Below are positions 40,001 to 44,300 of a stretch of 64,000 nt of DNA, in pieces. A program made the translations under genes and the position numbers. Source of the DNA: Limisphaerales bacterium (GTDB lineage: Bacteria; Verrucomicrobiota; Verrucomicrobiia; Limisphaerales; SIBE01); contig JBGAIN010000027.1 of assembly GCA_044225505.1 (NCBI GenBank), positions 687 to 64,686 on the forward strand, written 5' to 3'. The first letter of the stretch is position 1; every line of letters begins with the position of its first letter. A model generated the notes under the pieces. It had not been told where the DNA came from and ran no database searches. It saw only the letters and a list, made by a program, of their open reading frames with translations.

Positions 40001-41354
40001 ACGAAAACCAGACGTTCGACACCAGGGCCGTCCCTTCCTCGACGCGCAGATTAGTCTCGCTGTTATCAGACAATTGCCCGCCCTTTAGGGTCAGAATCGC
40101 CCCGGACGATACAGTCAAGCCCCAGCTATCCCCGTAACGGACATTCAGGCCGACGGCGGTAACGTTGGCATTGACGCGAACCTGGGGGGTATAGCCCTGA
40201 CCATGGTTTGGATAGTACATATTGCCGCCATAGCGCACCTCCAGATGGTTCAGAACCGTTCCGGTGCTCAAGGTATTAACCTGGAAGACGTACCAGTCTC
40301 CAGAGCTGGGACTGCCGCCGTCACGATACGTATCGCCAAGCACCGCATCATCGGTGCGGGCGGTAAAGACCACTGGTTCGGCGAGAGTCCCGTTGACAAG
40401 GAGCGTTCCATTGATCCAAACGCCTTGCCCACGCCAGAGCTTGAACACCACCCCTGGATCGATCGTCAGCGTTTTGTCCACGGCCACGGTGACGCTGCCG
40501 GAGAATACGTAAGGCATCTCCGTGACGGTCAAGTGGTGATCGCTCTCGAGAGTGACATCTCCATCGCCGAGCATCATCGCTTCGTAACCGTTGTCACGGA
40601 TGGTCAGACGCGTGAGGTTCGGGCGCGTGAGGTGATCCATCCAAAAAGGATACCATCGGCTGCCCGTGACGGTGATACCCTCCAAGGTGGGCGAACTGGC
40701 GCCTTCCATTCGGATCGCGTTGGCGTCCGAGAACTCAACTCGCAAGTGCCGGGCCGAGGCGGCGGTGCTCTGGAAGCGGATGGCGTAGGTATACCCTTGG
40801 CCGTGACCGTGGTAATAAAGATTGCCGGCATAACGGACGACGACATTCTCCAAAACGGATGCATCCGATCCAGCATTGAGATAGATGGCCTCCCAATCAC
40901 CGCTGTCAGGGCTGTCGGCAGTGCCATTCGCGTTGGAGTCTCCTCCATACGTATCATCACGCCACGATGTAAAGACGATGGGCTTCTCTGCAGTGCCGAT
41001 CGCCCTCAACGTCCCGTTGACGTTGATCTGCTGCCGCTGACTGAGTTTGATGATCTGACCGGGTACGATCGTGAGCTTGGTTCCACCAGGGACGGTCATC
41101 TCATCGGCCATGTGGATCGGCAGACCGCCGCCGTCCCACGTCCGGTCACCAGGCATGCTGCCTCCAGCCATGACAATGCAGTCGCCCGCGCCGTTGCCTG
41201 AAGCAAGCAAGCCGACAAATTCCGGAGAGGCCAAGAGGTTGAATACGTAAATCGCGTTGTGCCTCGACCCGCGAATCTCGACTTCTTGGATACGCGGTGC
41301 ACCACCCAACGTATCGCTGCCGATCCCGATCCCCTGCGAATCGCTCCAGAGCAC
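16020..41354 (-). CDS. Giant multidomain surface/adhesin-like protein, downstream 8,444-codon ORF (continuation of 41096..45406 after a frame break)
   Basis: Uninterrupted 25.3-kb ORF. The N-terminus continues the roughly 200-aa module series of the upstream ORF. It is followed by LamG, PA14, SbsA-type Ig domains, 15 CARDB units, PPC/IPT, propellers, 9 cadherin-like (He_PIG-type) units, a YD segment, an internal dockerin, Big_2 x2, a YVTN propeller and a C-terminal dockerin. The track start codon (GTG 41354) has no signal peptide after it, which argues against an independent start. Confidence 0.9.
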   Translation of the reverse strand: MLWSDSQGIGIGSDTLGGAPRIQEVEIRGSRHNAIYVFNLLASPEFVGLLASGNGAGDCIVMAGGSMPGDRTWDGGGLPIHMADEMTVPGGTKLTIVPGQIIKLSQRQQINVNGTLRAIGTAEKPIVFTSWRDDTYGGDSNANGTADSPDSGDWEAIYLNAGSDASVLENVVVRYAGNLYYHGHGQGYTYAIRFQSTAASARHLRVEFSDANAIRMEGASSPTLEGITVTGSRWYPFWMDHLTRPNLTRLTIRDNGYEAMMLGDGDVTLESDHHLTVTEMPYVFSGSVTVAVDKTLTIDPGVVFKLWRGQGVWINGTLLVNGTLAEPVVFTARTDDAVLGDTYRDGGSPSSGDWYVFQVNTLSTGTVLNHLEVRYGGNMYYPNHGQGYTPQVRVNANVTAVGLNVRYGDSWGLTVSSGAILTLKGGQLSDNSETNLRVEEGTALVSNVWFSSASSGVAVVAGQNATLSGCVFSGLTTAVSYEGTGDFTHVVATGNWWNDAAGPNDPSGADGRVHENPAGQKVSDWVDYGSWLTSLPALQLGAYVLSATPGGLTDTVNSWRAEGNANDTGTTHHGTLQNGATYATGKVGQAFQLDGVDDYVDLGGWSPGSQWTLAAWINASATLTGRHTIVGGTSDYRDWGLVVQDGIIGVNVRQAGGSVAIISSGVTATVGTWFNVVATCDGATARIYVNGELKASGGVDPGYAGTTGGTRIGGESCCSGANFAGLVDEISITNRALNSAEIQALVAAGSIPRNVSYVDVTFSDPIDAATFTTADVVITGPQTIAPADPVVLTNTTFRINFLSLITTDGIYQVKIGPIITNIGGFTLDQNRNGIGGEAPGDVYSTTFAFDTKGPRIVAQTPTGALSSAVDELALQFSEPIASSTFTAADIQILQHLGSGTSPVPGFWALYFRAIGGVGDISTAETVIAAANYFSQVLGEVTPIINYLGTGEGIYATGNRPFPGQTVGQDVDNFVVLATAAISIPTAGEWTFGVNSDDGFALQVGTNVTSYTTDRGSATTLATFQFAAAGDYPLRLIYYEHGGGAQVELFAAPGAKTEWNAADFDLVGDTANGGLVVAAVPSSLVPATSVIGITQTSDIEFRVRFDPLITNREYVVQVGPRIADLAGNPMDQNQDGANGGDPADRYQNDFTLSLQPLRIVGQVPTGAVLGVLDHLDLTFSGPIQPGSFGPADIQLMGPQGLVNVTGVSQLDGRTYRITFDRLTAEGIYRLRVGPEILDLAGRMMDQNQNATAGEIEDGYISNFQLDAVGPTVISHGPVGAAAAPVNSIEVTFSETILASSLQLSDVALTGPKGAIGITGITAVSAQTYRFQFAPQTANGMYTFKLGPAVSDLGGTLMDQDGNGITGESTDFYQGTFTIESNGPRIISTSLSGVVEQPFSALVLEFKKAILATSFSPADVELTGPTGPIAVASVARVDATHFKLTFLEQSQVGSYRFVIGPNITDLVGNPMDQNDNGILGETGDVFGLNLELKLANLRFKSSQVPSSTANGQTLTIQWTAVNSGGASAKASWSDVAVLSKDEVFGNSDDIALGATTVESDLAVNASYSREFSAVVPYGIEGQFRVYIKLDGRDSVLEQDEADNLLASTIQVAVAPPPSDLAVVTVTAPGSAATGAIVQISWDVKNQGANSTSVAEWSDRIYLSADDQFGSDIELGTFKHTGALAAEAVVTQTQTITLPVSLTAGSYFVFVQTDVGNQVEELTAEGNNVGRSASAMVVSVSPVPDLIVSQVTAPAELPVGSPIAVSWTVTNSGTAVAAGSWKDQVILWPDDNRFSAVELGVFTHSGDLVSDASYRRTETLVVPSLPFKRYTVQVVTDVANSVFEREGEMNNTGISQNLSVVMVADLVISNITAPATASIGAAIPLTWTIGNNGAASAPAPWVDRIYLSVDGTMNAATLVASFVRATELSRDAQDTRTENVQVPTVSAGNYYFIVVTDADGNVTEWDGESNNTLANTQPLAITHADLVVDSVTAPSAAVSGAKFMATWIGHNIGTFATAAEWTDRVFLSSDQTLSTADLLLGEELHSGILPSGGTYNAQLEVTVPNGLAGSYYLLVRTDAADQVAEGVKEDNNLGASPVIEVTLAPYADLRVSGVTAPSVLIGDPVDLTVSWTVTNDGTGPGPVDSWTDRVVLSTDQVYGNGDDQLVGNFQHIGLLPVHLSYTETKIVTLPSRLQGRFYLLVMTDAADVVYEHTGQGANIAVGGHTVDVMYIPYADLVVDQVTAGSTGQNGKPLAVSWTVSNLGIGITTPDNWSDQVWWSKDPTGATGRVTLGTFSHLGALRVDDGYPRTAEVTLPTDANGTYYVFVTTGGPFEFVYTDNNTGRSQAVNVTYTPPPPVDLQVTQVSGPSQAQDSARIEVTWTVKNNGPQNATGYWTDRVFFAPGGDLERAIVLGDYSRSIGLEAGQSYARSEFVKLPAAQGVYTLVVETDVADSLPETVETNNVLAASDTLVLSLKPRPDLQVTALTVPAKITSGGYIDVQWTVYNLGAASTPTGGSRWIDGVYLSLDHKWDTGDRLLGSLANGAALASGQAYSSEGHYQVDLGVSGNVYIIVKADSEGVVDEFPNDGNNEKAQPLAVDVTPVPPPDFVASEISAPLDAFDGSQITVRYRIKNNGSGITYPAGWADAIWLVRAKGRPKPNAFNPLSGDILLGTFGHSGALEVGESYDNAVTVTIPKSLQGVYYLAVWTDAPDNVFEQAFDVNVNPAMPTDIEGSNFAFTPINLFVTPPADLEVTSVIAPASALGGQQVTLAWTVANRGAVATGVDRWGDSIYLSDDDQLDLGKDLLVFAAPHEGTLQVGESYTQTVTFTLPPSAEGKFFIVKTNVAPIEVVEEEDYDQKAMQELTQQFEGVMSRLEETIGESLDQVSSEDISRLSKDQLMYIIVGSPTGQGEQLVFEGPWTQNNEKAAASTVSNLPADLVAVVSQVPGEADSDGVIQISWTVTNQGPGAVWEGTTRWFDNIFLSPDPPDRPFEVGRALFLTRVVHTADQPLQPGQSYTAAATVQLPSGVSGKRYIYVLTDHNPSEWAPRPVDYRALSPGSYPSWRTNFKQRVWEDGANANNSGGSTPINILFREPDLVILPMADSDQALSGSDIALSWKVANQGTRATRTGVWFDRVFISQDKSLDVYDLLLGGVRHDGVVEMGGEYTATTTVRLPDDIQGPFYLIVCADSPHTEWSPGQVPYPLADGPARILGGGSGAVNEYQNEGNNTVVSAVQIALQPLPDLKVTQVQAPERILSSHGFTVTYVVTNTGQGQVPDRQNAWYDDIYLSRDQYLDAASDHFVKGVGHIGVLKPGESYTVTDEYTLPRGLVGPYYVFVLTDTASGAGYTSVYEGSKETNNATPSALPMLIELPPPTDLQVEDPVVMPSTGLAGESVQILWTVKNHSTEKAEGFWADALYLSLDGVWDVGDRLVGKLERGDAKHIQVLASGESYTATLTAALPTVLPNTYRLIVRTDVYDDINEGTFNGNNARASSGVMEVGVRALTVDVVASSSISTGQELLYRVAVPARETLEVVLACDNDAAANELFLRYEGLPSSLAYDAAYEGHLWADQTACVPSTNAGYYYILVRGASVPGKAGIQLKARLVPFEISDVTSDVGGDSRYVTLTVTGAKFDESATVKLVRPQIAEFAPINYKRVSATEITAVFDLRDAAHGLYDIQVTNPNGQTAVLPYRYLVEKALPLDLTVGLGGPAHLELGEVGWYGIGIHSLTNVDAPYVHVEFGMPRLPSDSTGIIPGERLVFRTNLSGSPNIGDVPWIELDPVVNLKGDLVASGFTYDFINDGYAALTFTADTYPELRRLLAEDPDYLKNLEGTIFLSDLAFEFYIQAAATPMTALEYVAYQRDQATALRERILADPNAPQGLLALAADKQTWGDLYLAALTDAGLLRPEDEPPAIREQPAFASLVSVLAAGLLGGSGGQEIIAGGNLVQFFEQVRAWYGHDEEAYGSSTPPAASTFDLHLSHPTHYVSYVIQVGEPEADSPAAVQNPNLGQFFGLFGARSDSVSMNGPNGYGASLFVPANTDLPYAISFENPASATAPISQIRILQQLDADLDVRSFRLGDLRLGDLVIHFPGNRAAFTGEFDLTDDYGIVLQVTAGIDVLTNTVTWQLTAVDPLTGLPAADPDLGLLFPNVDLTQGGMVSYIIRANPDSATGAEITASARVLFDDQAPIDTNVVRHTLDASGPTTTVHVQALSRGSYALNWKAVEDSLGSGLKDFMVYVSVDGGAFTTWKSHTTETSALYEGVESSAVEFIVLAIDHAGNRETQPVGVLLPAFAPDVNLGGIPVAPETTATELSEIEPPSTPVTNPLFTQALLQIPSTQSRQYPSSFTAVFEPFTARSFARKVPTSGADIGPLGIAFTPDGQSVFISGGAGRKSLYVFDMAGGDAVAPLAMLELPIYDLAFDGAGMLWATTGGGPLVQLDPQTGQIIARYGDGIQLGLAVEPKTGDLYVSTRNGIEIFDPVSHQFTRFSDTRVDGLAFAPDGSLWATTWPRDGVVVRFNRVHKAEVMLRLDSEAECLAFGQSGTPLEGLLFISHATGGALTLVDLASMETVRLAAGGTRGDFLHVGPNGQLFVTQSNQVDVFFPVFPPKIVATSPVADSSVTPVVTRASITFNTEMLHDTTSASATNLTQYSLKDLNTGKTISISSANYDTATHTVYLLFEGLLPDEYELAVAATVKSGLGIALAQPYATQFVVLQDVTTDLKPQFANTRLTRADNTLSFDLTITNSTSLPVLAPIRVVFNGLTVTGGNSDAGLPTLLRAAGITPQGHPYIELSSSALTLLSPGQSVTHPITIQNPGDGRLNLEAQVVAQVPGNQRPVFSSSPLTAATVNQPYAYVPLAADPDGVSVSYLLVDGPPGTSVSSTTGQLTWTPKVNDGTSVTFELRAYDSRGGYTPQKWTVQVAGANAPPVLLPILDRVIHEGEALEIYASGYDPEANNLVFGANHLPPGAVFDSRNHVLRWQTDATSAGRYSNVEVFVSDGINVVSRTFELLVLNVNQPPTVPLLVDQTIREADTLTLTLGAIDPDGTTVRYSSPNLPPGAVLTPDTGVFTWAPGYDQHGEYLVKFSVSDGQFETGQSLKINVLNVNGPVRFAEPGRFAVYEGQTLSIRIAAEDLDHPTGIEHLPIDDLLEAGLVMPDLTWTYSALPNGAVFDGETQLLTWTPAYTQAGVYEIKFTAQDDGDGTGTSTSAITTVLIEVRDDNGPPAVAAITNQRVNAGEVLEFTVAATDPNGTVPTLAASGLPAFATFRDNGNGTATIRATPGPLERGNYTVTISATDNGNGNPAAALAGEGTFVLAVVLPNAPPQLDFTGGRLAVIGQELVFQVSASDLDFDPLSFSATGLPAGATFAPTGVYGIAEFRWTPAAADIGSRQLTFTVKDDGHGTPTQVKSSSATVQLTVRAANTAPTLAPLGNRVVKEGELLSFTVLGSDADADFLTYRAVALPNGAALNSTTGSFAWQPSLSQAGVYPVTFEVSDGNRSKRETIAITVQNVNQAPRIVPLPGLLTLEGTALSFTISASDPDGDAIAVYVVGDLPVGASFDPESNHFAWTPGNDQAGTHSLTFGVKDPSGAAASYQTKIEVLNVNLAPEIAYISDHLLLSGQTFTLKATGSDPDAGTTLSYSITGLPNGAKFDSSSGLLTWAPSGVQLGNYDLRVTVSDGQWTAYRTFRLVVSNQPILPEVRIESTPSFPASIGQTFWVQVAASGIADIVSVSLSINGQRQELDPLGQVRFTPSQPGQYQVIATATDLDGYTGRATTAIKVRDSADPSAPVLAFDSLADHAVISAAVTIRGRIAESNLDEWTLRLAPLGGGVPATLTTRTSLVDPALLEVQADLDPGLLPNGAYELVLSATDMSGRSTRLTRVIEIDSATKPAAYQTAVTDLVANLGGVQVQIRRLYSSLNEGESGSFGPGWSLGAVDIQFATDLRATGSEAWGVFSPFLQGTRAYVNLPDGRRVGFTFAPVATQLGNTTVYRPGWQADAGVGYTMTTAEALLVESQGAFYQAGSGLPYNMANSDFGGYDLTLTADDGTRYDYLLDGGLQRMVSASGQQLLWSENGVIATTGERIEFRRDAQGRISRITAPDGSQVLYTYSSAGALASVTDFAASQRQFYGYSQSDSARLTSIVSTAATEPSVLIRYDVQGRYLGSEPIQVFLGSSRQFLGVLKNDSLAAGQTDRFAFLLSDSECATSNTDFVTLGIEIVGLSGFIPAPVTLDGQTPAASTSDASHGIALFPLTASSSQAAYVIEVTGANAQAAGNYTLEVYLAGDADGDRSITGADAASLAISLGTQQGQAGYNRGADANRDGRVTVEDRQLLQNSTGFVADRAPATVGATVPGYEDIVVTIDLNSLSSDLDGNLLAYGMSAFEHGTIALGGDGHTLLFKPDAGFVGTAKLTFRADDGLFFSDDTTVTVNIGAAQFVNLRILERDAQIEVGGSFALQLAGEQPDGSLVAIPQNAVQFSSNNPKVAVVGSDGLVFGVSQGTATIVVRFGNLTAATPISVGSGGADPTLQFYPLAYTMVVGATRQFVVRERLSDGGVVDRSSAASGAEYYLSSASLGAITSNGLLTATAPGRFWVTVVYGGRSAVVPMQISQANVGPTIVSSNGGVVANSDGFIVSVPPGALGSDVTVQVTTLAQASLPMQMPTGFAFSGGFKVDIGTPQASTGLALTVPAPAGAKPGDVLWLFRAGQFYNAQGVLEAGWDLVDKLVVQADGRTATTQSPPLWDLRTNDACALGTSVVGSYVTMNCLGERAASAAPDGRLRVDPETGFGFSTAVGLLADANVPIPYSSAVITVMRATPTAMESTRFNIQIAPGEHKEYTVELPAAVKHDLDPEVKSISLEILAPYGSVLRLTGTDFAPAASDNFLEILRPASKDVTGQVLYAVDSSRGVLVLVNEGSSKLLSPPIPITSRSRVFLAYNEQHLYYFDAADSKRRIFQLHPTDGQVLSSFSVPGGLGDVDGLAASETSLYLLDFDRRRITELDLTGTYVRKELRFVGYEFAPGLAFDLRQHELWALAGSLLIGIDPITGDTRTVVTNIAVPMAAACNGSNVLVLDASGIIHEVDLATGRAKSSLRLGSDGSALVPDALTGGAAPVVLSRIIKVVALDGANGSAIVPLTANDLYGFGTDSTVRMGKNANTRASSPGGNDTTEPRTFYSQSVNFVPPAPAYVFVVNSGEDTVSVIAPGAITSANTDGTASPDGLVARIPVGRNPSHVAVSPDGLFAYVTNTGEGTISIISVLALMEVDLVPSTTAMDRIVTGGQPYYVIVDADRQVGYATDRASGRVFQFDLRPPSSKTTYSAQAIDVVAGKVSGLTGLTGLDITADGRYLYIASPGKDSWAGDDRDRQPGYVFVYDLEDQAQVAVIPVGSKPFEVTASKDVEKPYVVVAVRGSERTGFTVINTRTNAINSTLTQATNLRGFEPNTPETFGTHDTEEWAARLQLVNDYLFDIESAESVVFTSDYEMAFVLFNNTFQATSEPAPYLGSPETTISVADVQRDPNRGRGGNIGIIVNPLSSDTSGFIAATLEIPYAWPDKLIIDSSGKYLFATFKGTNEVFVYDIAKIRAAVEKDGEDPKSIREKDEEEFKRYDYKAYQTVAMLVYRKPLEQLIMEDQGVGKVDWSQVQPGSSKNYWLIPYENVSDWLLVNHPETLQAYKDAILDYNKQHPNETITEGTDAWKLRIYQSYLRDRAYFSGILIRRIASGRMPSGMATGGKGVGTAVMDLVARSVTWTPASTSASDKVELRYVVVGSAAPSFTLALYASPTSSLAATLTARVFTKRISDAVDLLPGPHTITFEIPAGIITDRASKQDYYVVKLDSLEEVPEVLENNNTVVFAVGAVTEGVSLLSTTLSEERPTVSGPDSSSMLTNASFEELVSLVSLSAVGKTLVATSPRLLTAVNAPAVGSDPKRNGSPPVVTSGSGIATRIVLEVPAPVVGSDPRRVTSAARATIRTARAGLTQSDISPFSVTAPVIGRDPSRAASGFSERSDARTGDVGIGSAVTTFPQLNGGVLREADRWLARLAQTFTIPDKGGTLRFTLTLLNLTSSEGAPPDALEVALLDAATGRPLAGVIDGLTGTDALLNIQSSGKVFFGKMVTTSEVATSGNTPAGTHSLLVTIDLKGVTPGTVAALYFDLIGFGAAASLVNIENVQVLAGPGLEFNLNSASDSGVVGDSITNINPVILTGTSDPNQQVLLDLDGDGFDDGVATTTSGGQFMFSNVTLKEGLNRIQIQTTNATGTTTVERGITLDQVRPKLIAIQVNQGHTQRSMVDSLTFQFTENVMGSWSGKDFVLRNLDTNAILRPESIRVTDGPGPIFIVTFPSLEGGSLADGNYVAILATDTITDAAGNRLETADSALQFEFFRYFGDLDGDRDVDFLDTFYFQKAYLRTSLEPGYEAALDVDRDGLVGALDLARQREHYLTVLPTVANPRP
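16050..16223 (-). other. C-terminal dockerin module of the giant protein (residues 8378-8435)
   Basis: GDLDGDRDVDFLDTFYFQKAYL ... LDVDRDGLVGALDLARQREHYL: duplicated 22-residue segments with Asp at loop positions 1, 3, 5, (9) and 12. The DNA was checked around 16200-16230 (ttcggcgatttagacggcgaccgc on the minus strand). Confidence 0.75.
18630..19817 (-). other. YVTN/lactonase-type beta-propeller region (residues ~7180-7575)
   Basis: YVFVVNSGEDTVSVI, PVGRNPSHVAVSPDGLFAYVTNTGEGTISIISV, ITADGRYLYIASPG, VIPVGSKPFEVTAS, IIDSSGKYLFATFKGTNEVFVYDI. Confidence 0.6.
21534..22061 (-). other. Two bacterial Ig-like group 2 (Big_2) domains (residues ~6432-6607)
   Basis: IEVGGSFALQLAGEQPDGSLVAIPQNAVQFSSNNPKVAVVGSDGLVFGVSQGTATIVVRFGNLTAATPISV, followed by a second copy, MVVGATRQFVVRERLSDGG...YYLSSASLGAITSNGLLTATAPGRFWVTVVYGGRSAVVPMQI. 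Confidence 0.7.
22344..22514 (-). other. Internal dockerin-like module (residues 6281-6337)
   Basis: AGDADGDRSITGADAASLAISL ... ADANRDGRVTVEDRQLLQNS: two EF-hand-like D.D.DG.....D loops, each followed by a helix. Anchor checked: the Ala6281 codon is at 22512-22514. Confidence 0.7.
22860..23582 (-). other. Short YD/Rhs-repeat-like segment (~240 aa; residues ~5925-6165) without any recognisable toxin or shell-closing domain
   Basis: FGPGWSLG...LPDGRRVGFTF...DDGTRYDY...RDAQGRISRITAPDGSQVLYTYSSAGALASVTD...QFYGY...LIRYDVQGRYL. These are YD-repeat consensus fragments (G....Y.YD..G.L). Confidence 0.5.
24279..26858 (-). repeat. Nine tandem cadherin-like / putative Ig (He_PIG, dystroglycan-type) domains (residues ~4833-5692)
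   Basis: Units begin N(V)NQ(A/P)P... and contain G..L.F.V.A.D.D.D.L.YS...LP.GA.FD...G.F.W.P...Q.G.Y.V.F.VSDG. Unit starts are near residues 4833, 4921, 5013, 5103, 5219, 5319, 5419, 5509 and 5601. Confidence 0.65.
27555..28262 (-). other. NHL/SGL-type beta-propeller-like region (residues ~4365-4600)
   Basis: Repeated blade-like segments: PLGIAFTPDGQSVFIS, IYDLAFDGAGMLWATT, QLGLAVEPKTGDLYVST, VDGLAFAPDGSLWATT, AECLAFGQSG..LLFISH, GDFLHVGPNGQLFVTQ. Confidence 0.55.
30270..30857 (-). other. Pre-peptidase C-terminal (PPC)-like beta-sandwich followed by an IPT/TIG-like Ig domain (residues ~3500-3695)
   Basis: ELLYRVAVPARETLEVVLACDNDAAANELFLRYEGLPS...AGYYYILVRG is PPC-like. It is followed by ISDVTSDVGGDSRYVTLTVTGAKFDESATVKLV...ATEITAVFDL..AAHGLYDIQVTNPNGQTAVLPYRYLV, which is IPT-like. 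Confidence 0.5.
30864..36878 (-). repeat. Array of 15 tandem CARDB-like domains (~120-190 aa each; residues ~1493-3497)
   Basis: Each unit starts with PDL.V..V.AP and contains ..I.VSWTV.N.G......W.D.VYLS.D......D..LG.......L..G.SY.......LP....G.YY..V.TD....V.E..E.NN. Unit starts are near residues 1493, 1617, 1742, 1862, 1982, 2105, 2232, 2355, 2476, 2603, 2746, 2934, 3092, 3240 and 3373. Anchor checked at 36876-36878. Confidence 0.7.
38199..38642 (-). other. PA14 domain nested inside an SbsA-type Ig-like domain (residues ~905-1052)
   Basis: GEWTFGVNSDDGFALQV...GDYPLRLIYYEHGGGAQVELFAA. The flanking segments (GPRIVAQTPTG...FSEPIASSTFTAADIQIL before it, TSDIEFRVRFDPLITNREYVVQVGPRIADLAGNPMDQNQDG after it) together form one Ig-like repeat of the type seen 4 more times nearby. 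Confidence 0.65.
39105..39692 (-). other. LamG / concanavalin A-like lectin domain (residues ~555-750 of the 8,444-aa ORF)
   Basis: WRAEGNANDTGTTHHGTLQNGATYATGKVGQAFQLDGVDDYVDLG...WTLAAWI...WFNVVATCDGATARIYVNGEL...FAGLVDEISITNRALNSAEIQAL is the typical Laminin_G_3 pattern. Coordinates were anchored on the CC codons at 39201-39206. Confidence 0.7.
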
Positions 41355-44300
41355 ACGGCAGCTGCGGATCGTGGGAGAGGACCCTCGATTCTGACCGAGG
41401 GCGTGTATCCCTGGCCGTGGCCGTTGTAATGAATGTTGCCGGCGTAACGAACATCGACATGGTCAAGCACGCTGTCTTTGCTCGTCTGGGTGAAACGCAG
41501 ATAGGCCCAATTACCACCTGCCGCGGGCGTGTCGCCATCGTGCCAGGTGTCCCCGAGGGCCGTGTCATCCCGACGCGAGGTAAAGACAATGGGGCGAGCC
41601 AGGCTGCCCTGGGCATCAAGAGTGCCGCTCACTTCGATCGCCTGCTCGTTGGAAAGCTTAAAAACGACCCCCGGATCCAAGGTGAGTTTCACGCCCTCAG
41701 CGATGGTGAAGTTGCCGTCCAGGACGTAAGGCATGGTGATGATGTTAAGACGACGGTCGCTGGCGAGTGTGCCTCCGTCCAAGACAAAGGCGTCGCCAGG
41801 ATTGTTGACCGAGGCGAGACCGGAAAGCTTCGGATCGGAGTCAAGCGTCATCCAGAACGCGTATCCCCTGGCCGAGGATTCGACTCGCACATTCTCTAAG
41901 GTAGGAGCGCCCCCTTCCAGGCGGATCCCATGCCAATCTGGCTGATAGACGCGTAGGTGGGAGGCCCTGGCCTTGGTGTTTTTGAATCTCAACGCCCATT
42001 GATACCCTTGTCCATGTTCGTGATAGTAGACATTTCCAGCGTAGCGAATCTCGACGTAATCCAAGACGGAAGCGTCTGATCCGGCGTTGAGGAACACCGC
42101 CTGCCAGTCGCCAGAGATCGGGGCGTCTCCCGCGCCATTGTCATTGGAATCTCCGCCTACCGCATCATCTCGCCAGGACGTTAGAACAATGGGTTTGTTT
42201 TCCGTGCCAATGGCTTCCAGAGTGCCCTCGACGATCAACTGCTCTCCATTGCTGAACTTGAGCACCTGCCCCGCCGCAATCACAAGCTTCTTGCCAGCAG
42301 GAACTGTGAGGTCACCGTAAAGCTCGATGGGGAGGCCTCCTCCCCAGAGGGTGCGGTCTCCGGGCAACTCGCCTCCATCGAGGGCATACCGATCCCCGCT
42401 GGCATCCGTGGCCGACAGGTTGGTTAGCACTGGAGTAGCGGTAAGAGTCCCGTAGAAAGCATCATGCCGGGCGCGAACGACAGCAACGTTAGTGAGCGTG
42501 GGTGCCCCCGAGACAATCCGGACAGCGGTGGAATCCGAGTCACTCACGATGACATCGGTCATCGTGACCTCAGCGCCAGTGATCCGGACAGCGGGGCGAT
42601 ATCCCCCCCCATGACCCGGATGGTAAAGATTACCGGCATAACGAACCTGGACATTTTGCAGGACTGAGCCATCGGCACTGTCATTCAGATCGATTCCTTG
42701 CCACTCACCTCCCGCCGTGCCTTCGGATGGATCTCGGTAGCAGGTAAAAATGATTGGGGCGTCGGCAGTGCCAATGGCATTGAGCTTGCCGTTCACGCTT
42801 AAGACTGTGCCTCGGTAGAACCGGAAGGTGTGTCCCGCCAAAATAGTTAGCGTCACCCCCGCGGCCACTGTGATGTGTCCCTCCAATTGCACTGGCACTC
42901 CGCCAAAGTCCCACGTCCAGTCGGTCGAGATGGTGTTATCTCCTCCCTCAAGGAAGTAGGCTCCATCCAAACTCGTCCCGGAAGAGGAGAGATTACGCAA
43001 TACGGGGGTCGCAGTAGGCTTCCCAGCAAAACCTTGGTAACGAGCCCGGAGGACAGAGACTCGGACGAGTTGGGGGGAACCGCCCTCGATCTGAATACCG
43101 CGAGCATCGGCATCCCTCACCAATACATCCTTGAATGTCGCGCTGCTATTGATGCTAAGGCTGGGGAGATAACCACCGCCATGACCTGGGTGGAAAGTAT
43201 TTCCGGCAAAACGCACTTCCACGAACGCCAGGATGGACTGGTCAGATCCAGGGTTGAAGGCAAGCGCCCGCCACTCGCCAGCCCCCCCTTCACTCGGACC
43301 ATCTGCGTTGGTATCGCCGCCGGCCGAATCATCATTGTGGGCGGTGAAGATGATGGGAGCCGCCGCTGTTCCTATCGCAGTGAGGGTCCCGTCGACAATA
43401 ATGGTCACACCCCGGTGGGACTTGATGATCTCGCCTTCCGCAATCTTCACCGTTCCTCCCGTGGCGATCGTCATATGGCCACCTAAACGGACAGGTTGGG
43501 TATTGACGATCGTGAGGGTGATTCCTTTTTCGACAATCACATCCCCCTGCACATAGATCGGAAGTCCCCCCATGAACCAAGTCCGATCGCTCGTTAGCGA
43601 GCCACCGCGGAGCACATATTGGTTGCCGCCGGTTTGGCTCGCGCCGAGTTGGACACAGTCTGGATTGGCCATGAGCGCTCCGTTGAAAGCTTCATGCCGG
43701 GCGCGGACCACTTGGACCCGACTGAACTTCGGCGAGCCAGAATTGATGGAGACGCCGCTGGAGTCAACGTCCCGGATCAAAACATCGGACAGAGCCGCCG
43801 TCGTGCCACTGAGACGGATCGCCGGTGTATACCCGCCGCCATGGCCTGGGTGGTAGAGATTGCCCGCATAGCGGATTTCTGCAAATTGGACAACGGATGC
43901 GTCGGAACCGTCGTTAAAGACGAGTCCTGTCCATTCGCCCGCTGCTCCGACCGTATCGCCGTTCGCGTTCGAGTCCCCTCCAGCAGAATCATCGTTGGCA
44001 GAGGTAAAAACTATCGGCTCAGCCGCCGTGCCGATAGCCTGCAAGGTTCCGTCCACAATGATCAACTGGCTGCCGGTTAGTTTAATAACCTGACCTGGCA
44101 CGATCGTCAGAGTGACACCGGAGGGGATAGTAACGGCACTGGCGAGATGGAGAGGAAGATTCCCGGTATCCCAAGTGAGGTTCCCGGCCACCGCGTCTCC
44201 TTCCAATCGGTAGCCGTTCAAGGCTGTGCCAGAGATGGTGACGTCGGTAATGACGGGAGTCGCCATCATCAGGCCAGCCAAGCCCGCATCGCGGGCCGTA

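Noticed and set aside
41340-41400. Programmed -1 ribosomal frameshift joining the two giant ORFs.
   Set aside because: There is no X XXY YYZ slippery heptamer at the junction (sequence ATC GAG GGT CCT) and no obvious downstream pseudoknot-forming element that I can see. An indel in the GGG/CCC run, real or a sequencing artefact, is the simpler explanation. It is kept only as a frame-break finding.
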